Source of the DNA: Gemmatimonadota bacterium
Lineage (GTDB): Bacteria > Gemmatimonadota > Gemmatimonadetes > Gemmatimonadales > GWC2-71-9
Assembly (NCBI GenBank): GCA_039588295.1
Contig: JBDHAB010000013.1
Location: 1 to 52,889 of the forward strand
DNA: 52,889 nucleotides
Direction of reading: 5' to 3'
Shown: one piece after another, positions 8,823 through 16,916 of the stretch
Numbering within the stretch: the first letter of the stretch is position 1
Layout: the number at the start of each line of letters is the position of its first letter
The notes under the pieces: generated by a model
The model's database searches: none
What the model was told of the DNA's origin: nothing
Seen by the model: the letters and a program-made list of their open reading frames with translations, nothing else
Translations under genes and position numbers: made by a program

Positions 8823-8865
8823 AATATGCGCCGCTCAGACTACCCGGAGTGTGAGCGCGCTCACG
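8823..8865 (-). promoter_or_regulatory. CRP/FNR-family site and -10 element (class II geometry)
   Basis: TGTGA-GCGCGC-TCACG at 8850..8865; minus-strand CATATT at 8823..8828. Confidence 0.45.
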
Positions 8866-8942
8866 ATGGGACAGGGGGGCACGGTCAAGCCCGGGGGGGT
8901 GCGTTGCCCGGCGAACGTGACCGGCGTGGCGCTCCAGCGCCG

Positions 8943-9419
8943 TTACGGTTCCGTGTCGCGATACGGATCCCGGCGGTCCCGCCCCGAGCGACGCTCACCC
9001 TGGCGTTTTGACATTCCGGACCGGCGCTGGGGAATCTCGATCGCGACCTGCTCTTTGCGCCGATCGCTCGTGCGTCGCTCCCCACCCTGACGTCGGTCCT
9101 GCTCCTGCCGTGCCGAGAGGTACTGCAGCCGAGCCGTGAGCTCGGCCGTCACGTCCTGCCAGGCCTTGCGCACGGCGGTCCAGGAACGCCGCTCCGACGC
9201 GGTCAGGTCGCGGTCAGTGGCAAGCTCGAGCATCGCGGTCAGCTCGCGCGAGAGTCGTTGCTTCTCCGCGCGCAGTCGATCGATCGTGGAGAGATCGAAG
9301 TCGTCCTCGAGGATCGCCTTCTGCGCCGAGACGCGCTGCGACGCGAGCTTGCGACCGCACTGCTCGCAGAAGTGCGCATCCGGCTCGTTGGGCACACCGC
9401 AGAAGGGGCACTTGGTCAT
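8943..9419 (-). CDS. Zinc-ribbon protein with helical middle and Arg-rich (D/E)RR tail
   Basis: CPFCG..FCEQCG; tail DRRQGGERRTSDRR..QRRSG..GERRSGRDRR. Confidence 0.8.
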   Translation of the reverse strand: MTKCPFCGVPNEPDAHFCEQCGRKLASQRVSAQKAILEDDFDLSTIDRLRAEKQRLSRELTAMLELATDRDLTASERRSWTAVRKAWQDVTAELTARLQYLSARQEQDRRQGGERRTSDRRKEQVAIEIPQRRSGMSKRQGERRSGRDRRDPYRDTEP

Positions 9420-9485
9420 GTTGCGCAAAGATGCAAGGCGGTGGGCGTCTCCGCCACCGCTCCACTGTGGGCGTCCGAGCCGAGC

Positions 9486-10517
9486 TCAGCGGAGCTCTCG
9501 GTACAGCGCGCGCGCCTCCGGCTCGATCGTCAAGAAGACGTCGAGGATCTCGCGGTCGTAGTGCTTGCCACGGTGCGACACCAACCATATGAGCGCTTCC
9601 TTCGTGGTCATCGCGGGCCGGTAGACGCGGGCCGTGACGAGAGCATCGTAGCAGTCGACGACCGCGACCATGCGGGCGCTCAGCGGAATGTCCGCCCCGC
9701 TCCGGCCGTTCGGGTACCCGCTGCCGTCCCACTTCTCGTGGTGGTTGAGCGCGATTTCCCGCGCGAGCCGGAGCACCGGCGCAGCGGAGCCCTCCAGGAT
9801 CTCGGCGCCGATCGTCGTGTGCCGCTGCATGACGGCCCGCTCGTCGGGGGTCAGCGCTCCGGGCTTGAGGAGGACCTCGTCGGGAATGCCGATCTTGCCG
9901 ATGTCATGCATCGCTGCGGCGAGCGGAAGATCGCTCAGAAGACCCCGATCGCTCCCGACGGCCTCCGCCAATCGCGTCGAGAGGATACCGATTCGCCGGA
10001 CATGGGCGCCGGTTTCCCGGTCCCGAAACTCCGCCGCCGTCGCGAGCCTGAGCACGATCTCCTCTTCCCGTTCGCGTATGGTGGCGGTGCGCGCCTGCAC
10101 CAACGCCTCGAGTACCTCGTTGTCGAGATTGAACTCGCGCGCGCGCTGCAAGACGGATCGGGTGTCGTCGTAGGTGGATCCCAAGTGCCGGATGAGCAGC
10201 ACCGAGCGGTCGTCGAGGCAAAGAGCCGTGGCCTCGAGAGGCCATTCGCGTCCCTCCTCGTCGGTCTCGATCCACGGGCCGGACTCCATTTGGCCGGTGC
10301 CGGACTCGCGCCAGAAGCGCTCCGCGTCGACGAGGAAATTCCCGAGAAACGGCATCGAGCTGAATGGCGACTCTTCGCTCTTCGCAAACGCGGGGCACAG
10401 CTTGTGGAACCACTCCTGAGGGTCGGTGGCAAGAGTAAGCCGGCCGTCGTCGCCTCGCTCGAGCACCACGACCTCCAGCGCGCCCAGGACCGCGCCCGCC
10501 ACCGACCGCGCCGTCAT
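9486..10517 (-). CDS. HD-GYP c-di-GMP phosphodiesterase with uncharacterised N-terminal domain
   Basis: ETGAHVRR, MHDIGKIGIPD and HHEKWDGSGYP motifs; ATG 10517 overlaps the GTPase stop (ATGA). Confidence 0.9.
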   Translation of the reverse strand: MTARSVAGAVLGALEVVVLERGDDGRLTLATDPQEWFHKLCPAFAKSEESPFSSMPFLGNFLVDAERFWRESGTGQMESGPWIETDEEGREWPLEATALCLDDRSVLLIRHLGSTYDDTRSVLQRAREFNLDNEVLEALVQARTATIREREEEIVLRLATAAEFRDRETGAHVRRIGILSTRLAEAVGSDRGLLSDLPLAAAMHDIGKIGIPDEVLLKPGALTPDERAVMQRHTTIGAEILEGSAAPVLRLAREIALNHHEKWDGSGYPNGRSGADIPLSARMVAVVDCYDALVTARVYRPAMTTKEALIWLVSHRGKHYDREILDVFLTIEPEARALYRELR

Positions 10518-11029
10518 CCGCGGGGCGGAACCTCGGCTTCGAGCATGCGACGGGCGAGGTCGGCGAACAGGGCGTCCACCGCCTCGCCGGTCTTGGCACT
10601 GCAGGGCATGGTATGCCATCCGGTGGCGCGCAATTCCTCGACGGCAGCCTCCTCCAGTCGCCATGACTCGGCCAGGTCGTGCTTGTTCAACGCCAACACG
10701 AACGGGATGTCGCCCAACGCGGTTTCCGCGATGCGCTGCAACCGGAGCGCCGTATCGAAGCTCCTGGGGCGAGTCCCGTCGACCACGAGCACGTAACCTG
10801 CGGCGCCGCGGAGGTAACTGGTGCGGAGCGAGTGGAACTCGTCCTCGCCCGCCAGGTCCCAGAGCATGACCGTGATCTCCTCCCCGAGCGTCGCGATGAC
10901 TCGACGGTCGATCTTCACGCCGACCGTCGACAGGTAACGCTGCGAGTAGATTCCGGACACGTAGCGGCGCACGAGGCTCGTCTTGCCGACGGCGAACGCG
11001 CCGATCATGCAGACCTTCTTCTGAATCAT
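10514..11029 (-). CDS. Small Ras/Rab-like GTPase (probable Rup family)
   Basis: G1 GAFAVGKTS, G2 STVG, G3 WDLAG, G4 NKHD, G5 SAK in a standalone 171-aa protein. Confidence 0.92.
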   Translation of the reverse strand: MIQKKVCMIGAFAVGKTSLVRRYVSGIYSQRYLSTVGVKIDRRVIATLGEEITVMLWDLAGEDEFHSLRTSYLRGAAGYVLVVDGTRPRSFDTALRLQRIAETALGDIPFVLALNKHDLAESWRLEEAAVEELRATGWHTMPCSAKTGEAVDALFADLARRMLEAEVPPRG

Positions 11030-11292
11030 GCTCCCATCATCGCGCTGCTGGCAGCGTAAGTCCAGTGATCACGCAAGTTTGGAGCCAACCCGGTCTGTCC
11101 GAGCGCCGCGTGTTCTTGCGTGCGCGCCACTTACGAAAGAACGGGAGTCCCATTTGCGAACCTTCGAGTGATGGGTGAGGCCCGGTGTGACCCGACCGGT
11201 TGCATCCAGGTATCTGCGTCTGAGGGGCTTTGCGTTCCCGGTCGAAGCCGGAGCCAACCGGCGTCAGGCGGTTCATTCAGAAGAGGTCGCAC

Positions 11293-12783
11293 ATGCGCAC
11301 ACGTTCGTTTGCCCTGACTCTCAGCCTCGTGATCTCCAGCGCGCTGTGTCTGCCGTCGCTGGCGGCCGCGCAGCTCATTTCCCTCAAGACCATCCCAGTG
11401 GCGGCAGGGGATCAGTTCCTGATCTTCCCGTCACGCAACCTCGGCATGGGTGCACCGTCGATCGCACTCGACGATCAGATGCTGGATCCGTTCGTCAATC
11501 CGGCCAAGGGCTCCCGGTTGGGCGAATCGCTCTTCCTGGCCGCTCCCGTGTTCTATTCGACCGGGCAGAACTCCGGCAACGCGAAGACGATTCCGGTTGG
11601 AGCGCTGTTCAAGGAGTCCTCCTGGTTCGGAGGCGGCGTCGTCGCGCTCCAGCAGCTCAAAGAGGGAACCGATTTCTTCGGCATCCGGCCGTTCATCGAC
11701 GTGGTCGTGCTCCCGCCCAACGCGTTGAGTGAACTATCGGCGACCAACAAGTACGCCACGGCCGTGCTCGGGCGCCAGCTCCCCGGTGGGTTCGCGGTGG
11801 GGGGCAGCGTGATGCTTGCGGAGCTCAACGCCGTGGACGGGGTCGAGCACCTGTATGCGATGAGCGCCGGCATCGATCAGGACGGGGACGTGCAGGACTT
11901 CCGGTTCGGGGTCACCGGAACGCTACCCGGCGATCGCACCGTCGAGTTGGTCGTACTGCACAATCGGTTCAACATGACGCACGATGTGACCTACGTGGAC
12001 TGGGTGCTCGTCGACTCGACGAACTGGATTTGGGAACAGCAGGTGCGCCTCGAGACGAACCTCGACCGCACCCGGACGTGGGGTCTCCACCTCGGCTACG
12101 TGCAACCCCTCGGCAGCAACGGGTGGAGGATCGGTGGGGCCCTCACCGGGAATCGGAAGAACCATCCCAAGATCCCCAACTACGAATTAGTGAACATCCC
12201 GCGTGACCCGGGACACAGCTGGGCCTACAACATCGGGCTCGGGCTCTCCAAGACGTCTCCTGCCACCACGTTCGCGCTGGACGTGATCTACGAGCCGGCC
12301 TGGAGCGATACTTGGGCGGAGGCCGACACGGCCGTGACGACCGCGAGTGGCGGGACCATTCCCGCGGGTGGCAAGACCATCGAGAACACGTTCAAGTTCT
12401 CCGACGTCATCGCACGCATGGGGGTCGAGCATCGCGTCGGTCCGGCGGCGTTCCAATTGGGTCTCCAGCTGTGGGCGGTCGACTACGACCTCGACCAGTT
12501 CGACAACGTGGCCGACACCTTCCGACGGCAAGGCGAGCACTGGATGGAGTGGACACCGAGTTGGGGCGCCCGGGTGCGGTTGTCCGATATCGAGCTGCGG
12601 TATCTGGGTCGGGTCACGACGGGGACCGGGAGGCCCGGGGTGGCGTGGTTGGGGGGCGTGGCGGAGCGGGCGATGGATGCCGGGCTCGCCAACGACATCG
12701 TCGTCGCCCCCAGCGGGCCGCTCACCCTCCAAGACACCGAGGTGTGGACGCACCAGATTTCGATCTCGCTGCCGATTCGGTAG
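11293..12783 (+). CDS. Hypothetical secreted, probable outer-membrane beta-barrel protein
   Basis: Signal peptide ending AAA-Q; alternating amphipathic strands; ATG 11293 after GAGG. Confidence 0.75.
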   Translation: MRTRSFALTLSLVISSALCLPSLAAAQLISLKTIPVAAGDQFLIFPSRNLGMGAPSIALDDQMLDPFVNPAKGSRLGESLFLAAPVFYSTGQNSGNAKTIPVGALFKESSWFGGGVVALQQLKEGTDFFGIRPFIDVVVLPPNALSELSATNKYATAVLGRQLPGGFAVGGSVMLAELNAVDGVEHLYAMSAGIDQDGDVQDFRFGVTGTLPGDRTVELVVLHNRFNMTHDVTYVDWVLVDSTNWIWEQQVRLETNLDRTRTWGLHLGYVQPLGSNGWRIGGALTGNRKNHPKIPNYELVNIPRDPGHSWAYNIGLGLSKTSPATTFALDVIYEPAWSDTWAEADTAVTTASGGTIPAGGKTIENTFKFSDVIARMGVEHRVGPAAFQLGLQLWAVDYDLDQFDNVADTFRRQGEHWMEWTPSWGARVRLSDIELRYLGRVTTGTGRPGVAWLGGVAERAMDAGLANDIVVAPSGPLTLQDTEVWTHQISISLPIR

Positions 12784-12870
12784 GGCGGCCCCACCGCCCG
12801 GGGAGCCCGCACTGGCTCCCCGCGAGGTCCTCCCACTCGTGTGAGCCACGAGCGCTCTGGCACACGCCGG

Positions 12871-12900
12871 TTGCCCGGCAACCCGTCGGTGCAGTACAAT
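12871..12900 (+). promoter_or_regulatory. sigma70-type promoter of the tRNA
   Basis: TTGCCC-N18-TACAAT, 42 nt upstream of the tRNA. Confidence 0.55.
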
Positions 12901-12942
12901 CCCCGGGGGCGCACCGGGATCATCACGGTGCGTCCGCCTTGA

Positions 12943-13016
12943 GCGTCCGTAGCTCAACTGGATAGAGCATCAGACTTCGGATCTGAGGGTTGGGGGTTCG
13001 AGTCCCTCCGGGCGCA
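12943..13016 (+). tRNA. tRNA-Arg(TCG)
   Basis: Acceptor stem GCGTCCG/CGGGCGC; D arm AGCTCAACTGGATAGAGC; anticodon arm TCAGA-CTTCGGA-TCTGA (TCG at 12977..12979); T arm GGGGG-TTCGAGT-CCCTC; CCA not encoded. Confidence 0.95.
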
Positions 13017-13232
13017 TTGGCAAGTCGACTCGCATCCGTTCATGCCGTGTCGGCGCGAGCGATGGTGGTCTTGGGCACGAGTAGGTGGTGATAGCGCGGG
13101 ACCGCGAAGTCGCATCGCCCGATCCCACTGGGGCGGCCGCTGGAATACGCCAGACCGCACTGACTTCATCACAGGCGCTGTCAAGGCGCCTGTAAACACC
13201 GCTCGTCCTGAGATGTGACCGGGTTCGCGTGC

Positions 13233-13247
13233 TGGCATCGCCCTTGC
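13233..13247 (+). promoter_or_regulatory. sigma54-type -24/-12 promoter upstream of proC
   Basis: TGGCAT-CGCCC-TTGC (GG-N10-GC). Confidence 0.5.
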
Positions 13248-13325
13248 GGGGCTCAGCCGGCGACTCGCAGCTGTTGCGCAAACTGGCGGGCATGAGGACC
13301 CACCGCCTCGGGCATGGAGGACGTC

Positions 13326-14144
13326 TTGGATACGACTCGTATTGCGATCATCGGTGCGGGGGCCATCGGCACGTGCATCGCGAATGGGCTGGCAGATTCC
13401 GGCCGCTTCAGGGCCGAGGACATTAGGCTGACAAGGAGGAACTTGCGTCTGCTCGATGAAATGAAGAGGAAGGGCTTCATCATCGAGCGGGATAACCGTG
13501 ACGCGGTGCGAAACTCCGAAGTGGTCATTCTCGCTGTTGAACCGCACCAGATTGACGACTTGCTCGGTGAGATCGGTCCAGAATTGGCGGATGACACCCA
13601 TACGCTGATCTCCGTCGTCACAGGTGTCAGCATGCAGCACATCATCAAGCTCATCGGCAAGCAGGTCGCTCTCGTTCGCGCCATGCCCAATACCGCCATT
13701 GCCGTGCGCGAATCCATGACCTGTCTGGCGTCGGCCACTGCAGATGGTGGGGCCATAGCTGTTGCAAGGTCGGTCTTCGACACAGTAGGAAAGACACTCG
13801 TCATCGATGAAGAGGGTATGAATGCTGCCACGGCACTCGTGGCCTGTGGAATCGCGTTCTTCTTCCGCGCCATCAGGGCCGCTTCGCAAGGGGGGATCGA
13901 GATCGGATTTCACTCTGAGGAAGCGCTGGAGATGGCTGCGCAGACAGCAAGAGGTGCAGCGTCATTGCTGCTCGCGACGGACCACCACCCTGAGCAGGAA
14001 ATCGACAGAGTGACCACCCCGAGGGGCTGCACGATTGCTGGACTGAACCAGATGGAGCACGAGGGATTCAGCTCGGCAATGATCAAAGGCATCACAGCCT
14101 CTGCTGAGAAAGCCTCGACGCTATACGTAGCCCACACACCGTGA
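13326..14144 (+). CDS. proC: Pyrroline-5-carboxylate reductase
   Basis: IIGAGAIG, RAMPN and VTTPRGCTIAGL motifs; TTG 13326 follows GGAGG (ATG 13314 is the alternative). Confidence 0.92.
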   Translation: MDTTRIAIIGAGAIGTCIANGLADSGRFRAEDIRLTRRNLRLLDEMKRKGFIIERDNRDAVRNSEVVILAVEPHQIDDLLGEIGPELADDTHTLISVVTGVSMQHIIKLIGKQVALVRAMPNTAIAVRESMTCLASATADGGAIAVARSVFDTVGKTLVIDEEGMNAATALVACGIAFFFRAIRAASQGGIEIGFHSEEALEMAAQTARGAASLLLATDHHPEQEIDRVTTPRGCTIAGLNQMEHEGFSSAMIKGITASAEKASTLYVAHTP

Positions 14145-14223
14145 TCAGTGACATTCGAATGGAGATCCGGAGCCGGCCAGTGGGTGAGAGTCGCTCTGAG
14201 TGGACTCGTGCCCCGGGCCGCAC

Positions 14224-14676
14224 TCAGGTCGCTCGCCCTTCGATCTGATCGATGCGCCGTCGGACCTCGTCGGGCAGCCGCGTCTTCTCCCGGGTGCCAT
14301 AGTCGAAGGACACCACGATTCCACTGCCCTCCGCCGCAACCTGATCGCCGGCCAGCGACACCACGCGGTACTGCATCGTGAACCGATCGTCAGCGACGTC
14401 GGTAACCCGTGCACCGACCAGGACCGAATCCGGGTGGATCAGCGCCCGCCGGAATCGACAGTCGGTCGAGTGGAGGATCGCGCCCACACGCTCACGCTCG
14501 TAGGACTCGAGAAAGCCGCACCGCTCGAAGTAGGCGATGCGTGCTGATTCGAAATACCGGAAGAAGACCGTGTTGTTGACGTGCCCATAGGCGTCCATCT
14601 CTCCCCAGTGCACCGGAGCACCGATGACCACGGGGTAATCGTCGACCAGGGGATGGGTCGTGGCTCGTTGTGACAT
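14224..14676 (-). CDS. Acyl-CoA thioesterase (4HBT/YbgC hotdog fold)
   Basis: VHWGEMDAYGHVNN..YFESAR motif; ATG 14676 after GAGGA. Confidence 0.9.
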   Translation of the reverse strand: MSQRATTHPLVDDYPVVIGAPVHWGEMDAYGHVNNTVFFRYFESARIAYFERCGFLESYERERVGAILHSTDCRFRRALIHPDSVLVGARVTDVADDRFTMQYRVVSLAGDQVAAEGSGIVVSFDYGTREKTRLPDEVRRRIDQIEGRAT

Positions 14677-14805
14677 CGCAGTCCTCGAGTGTGCGTTACG
14701 CCGCTGTCGCAGCCGGAGGTCGACCGGAAACCGTACACAGTGATGGCGGACGATACCCCGCGCGGCAAGTGGGCGGTGACACGGCAGGCGCACTAGCTTC
14801 CCACC

Positions 14806-15651
14806 ATGCTTCCGCGCACGCTCGGTGTCATCGGTCTTGGGGCGATCGGCGGGTCGGTTGCGTGGCGCGCCGCACGCCTGGGACGGCAGCGAGTAGTGGG
14901 CCACGCCGAGAGTACCCGGGATGGGGTCGCGGCGGTGCGCGCGGGTGCGGTTACCGAGTTGGTGCGCGATGCCGTGAGCGTCGCAAGAGCCGCCGATCTG
15001 GTGATTCTCGCAACCCCGCCAAAGGCCACGCTCCAGCTGCTCCGACGGCTTGCCCCGGTGCTGCTCGAGCGCGGCGCGTACTGCACGGATGTGACCGCGG
15101 TGAAGGTTCCGATCGTGAGGTTGGCCGAGGAGCTCGAGCTCGGGCCGGTGTTCGCCGGGTCGCACCCGTTCGTCGGCTCCGCCGCATCCGGCTTTCGGGC
15201 GGCGACCCCAGAGAGGATGAACGCGGCGGTCGTCTACGTGACGCCGGTCGGGGCGGGTGACCGGGCCGCGGACGAGATCGGCGACTTCTGGGCCCGGGCG
15301 GTGGGCGCGCACCCGGTCACCATCGGTGCCGACGACCACGATCGTCTGCTGGCATGGACCGGTCAGCTTCCCCAGGCGGTTGCCTCGGCGCTCGCCGCCG
15401 CGTTTGCCGGTGGTGGTCCGTCGGGGGTGACCTATGGGCGGGGCGCGATGGAGATGACGCAGCTTGCCGGGGACAGCCCCGAACAGTGGGCTGATCTCCT
15501 CCTGATGAACCGGGAACACCTGCTCGGGGCGTTGGACGGCCTGTCGGCGACGGTGGAGGGGCTGCGATCGGCGCTCGCGGCCGCCGATCGGCGCGCAGTG
15601 GAACGGTGGCTCGAGACCGCGTCGTCGTGGCGCCGCGGGTTCGAGGCGTGA
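14806..15651 (+). CDS. tyrA: Prephenate/arogenate dehydrogenase homologue (divergent active site)
   Basis: GLGAIG, TDVTAVK, SHP and HDRLLA motifs; position before aroA-cmk. Confidence 0.85.
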   Translation: MLPRTLGVIGLGAIGGSVAWRAARLGRQRVVGHAESTRDGVAAVRAGAVTELVRDAVSVARAADLVILATPPKATLQLLRRLAPVLLERGAYCTDVTAVKVPIVRLAEELELGPVFAGSHPFVGSAASGFRAATPERMNAAVVYVTPVGAGDRAADEIGDFWARAVGAHPVTIGADDHDRLLAWTGQLPQAVASALAAAFAGGGPSGVTYGRGAMEMTQLAGDSPEQWADLLLMNREHLLGALDGLSATVEGLRSALAAADRRAVERWLETASSWRRGFEA

Positions 15652-16916
15652 AGGTCGACGGGGTGGTGCGACCGCCGGGAGACAAGACGGTTACCCACCT
15701 GGCGCTCATGACGGCGGCACTCACCCGCTCCCGGGTGACGCTCCTGGGTCCACTGACCTCGCCGGACGTTCAAGTCACGGCACGCGTACTGCGCCAGGTC
15801 GGGACCGAGGTGAGCCCGGTTCGCCATGGGCGGCCGCTGACGGTTCGCGGGCGACGGTGGACGGCGCCGACGCGCAGCCTGGACTGTGGGGGATCGGGCA
15901 CTACCGTGCGCTTGGCGCTCGGCGCCCTCGCCGGTCGGCGCATCGAGGTCCGGCTGACCGGAAACGAACGGCTCGGGAGCCGTTCGCTCCGTGACCTCAC
16001 CATCCCGTTGCGCGGCATGGGGGCGTCGATCGTAGGAGAACGGGGGGAGGGGCTCCCGCTCCGGATCCGTGGCGGTCGTCTGAGATCGTTCTCGTTCTAC
16101 ACGCCGACGGCGCGGGCGCAGATCAAGGCGGCGTTGTTGTTGGCCGGCGTGAGCGGCGGAGTGGCAGTCACGGTCACCGATCCGGCGCGGTCTCGTGACC
16201 ACCTCGAGCGCCTGCTGGGGCACCTGGGCTTCACGGTGCACGTCGGCGAGAAGACGGTCGCGCTCAGCGGGGCCCCGGAGCGCTGGCCCAAGATTGGCGC
16301 CCGGGATCTGGAGATTCCGGGCGACGCCACCCTCGCCGCGTATTGGGTCGCCGCGGCCACGTTGGCCGAGCGGGGCGGGCTCTGCATCGAGCACGTCGGT
16401 GTGAATCCCACGAGGTCTGCCTCCTTCACCGTCCTTACCCGGATGGGGGCACGATTCGAGCGCCGCTCGCGCCGCACCGTTGGTGGCGAGCGAATCGCCG
16501 ATCTCTTCATCACGCCGGCCCCGCTCTCGGCCGTGGACGTCTCGGCGAACGAGACCCGCTCGATGATCGATGAGCTTCCCGTGCTCGCCGTGGTCGCGTC
16601 GCGGGCTCACGGGGAGTCGCGGTTCCGCGCGGTCGGCGACTTGCGCGTCACGGGTGGCAGACGGCTCGAGTTGACCGCCGAGAACCTGCGGGCCGTGGGA
16701 TGCCGGTCGGAGGTGCAGGACGGAGATCTTGTGGTGCAGGGCACCGATCGGCCCCCGCGCGGACGGGTGGAGACCGCCGGAGACCACCGCCTGGCGCTCG
16801 CGTTCACCGTGCTCGGGACCCTGCGGGGGTCGTCGGTCGAATTGTCCGAGACTGCCTCGATCCGTCGCAGCTATCCCGATTTCTTCGCAGATTTGGAGCG
16901 CATCGACGTCTCATGA
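15648..16916 (+). CDS. aroA: EPSP synthase homologue (divergent active site)
   Basis: PGDK, LDCGGSGTT, AQIK, SRDH, NPTR, IDELP, GDHR and SYPDF motifs; GTGA overlap with the tyrA stop. Confidence 0.88.
   Translation: MKVDGVVRPPGDKTVTHLALMTAALTRSRVTLLGPLTSPDVQVTARVLRQVGTEVSPVRHGRPLTVRGRRWTAPTRSLDCGGSGTTVRLALGALAGRRIEVRLTGNERLGSRSLRDLTIPLRGMGASIVGERGEGLPLRIRGGRLRSFSFYTPTARAQIKAALLLAGVSGGVAVTVTDPARSRDHLERLLGHLGFTVHVGEKTVALSGAPERWPKIGARDLEIPGDATLAAYWVAAATLAERGGLCIEHVGVNPTRSASFTVLTRMGARFERRSRRTVGGERIADLFITPAPLSAVDVSANETRSMIDELPVLAVVASRAHGESRFRAVGDLRVTGGRRLELTAENLRAVGCRSEVQDGDLVVQGTDRPPRGRVETAGDHRLALAFTVLGTLRGSSVELSETASIRRSYPDFFADLERIDVS

Noticed and set aside
11081..11259. 10-bp direct repeat GGAGCCAACC at 11081 and 11250
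   Set aside because: Too short and widely spaced to separate from chance.
12858..12874. TGGCAC...TTGC as a sigma54 promoter for the tRNA
   Set aside because: GG-GC spacing is 12 rather than 10; a sigma70 reading fits better.
14201..14223. Degenerate copy of the tRNA 3' end (attR) after proC
   Set aside because: Needs several gaps to align in GC-rich DNA, and no integrase is present.
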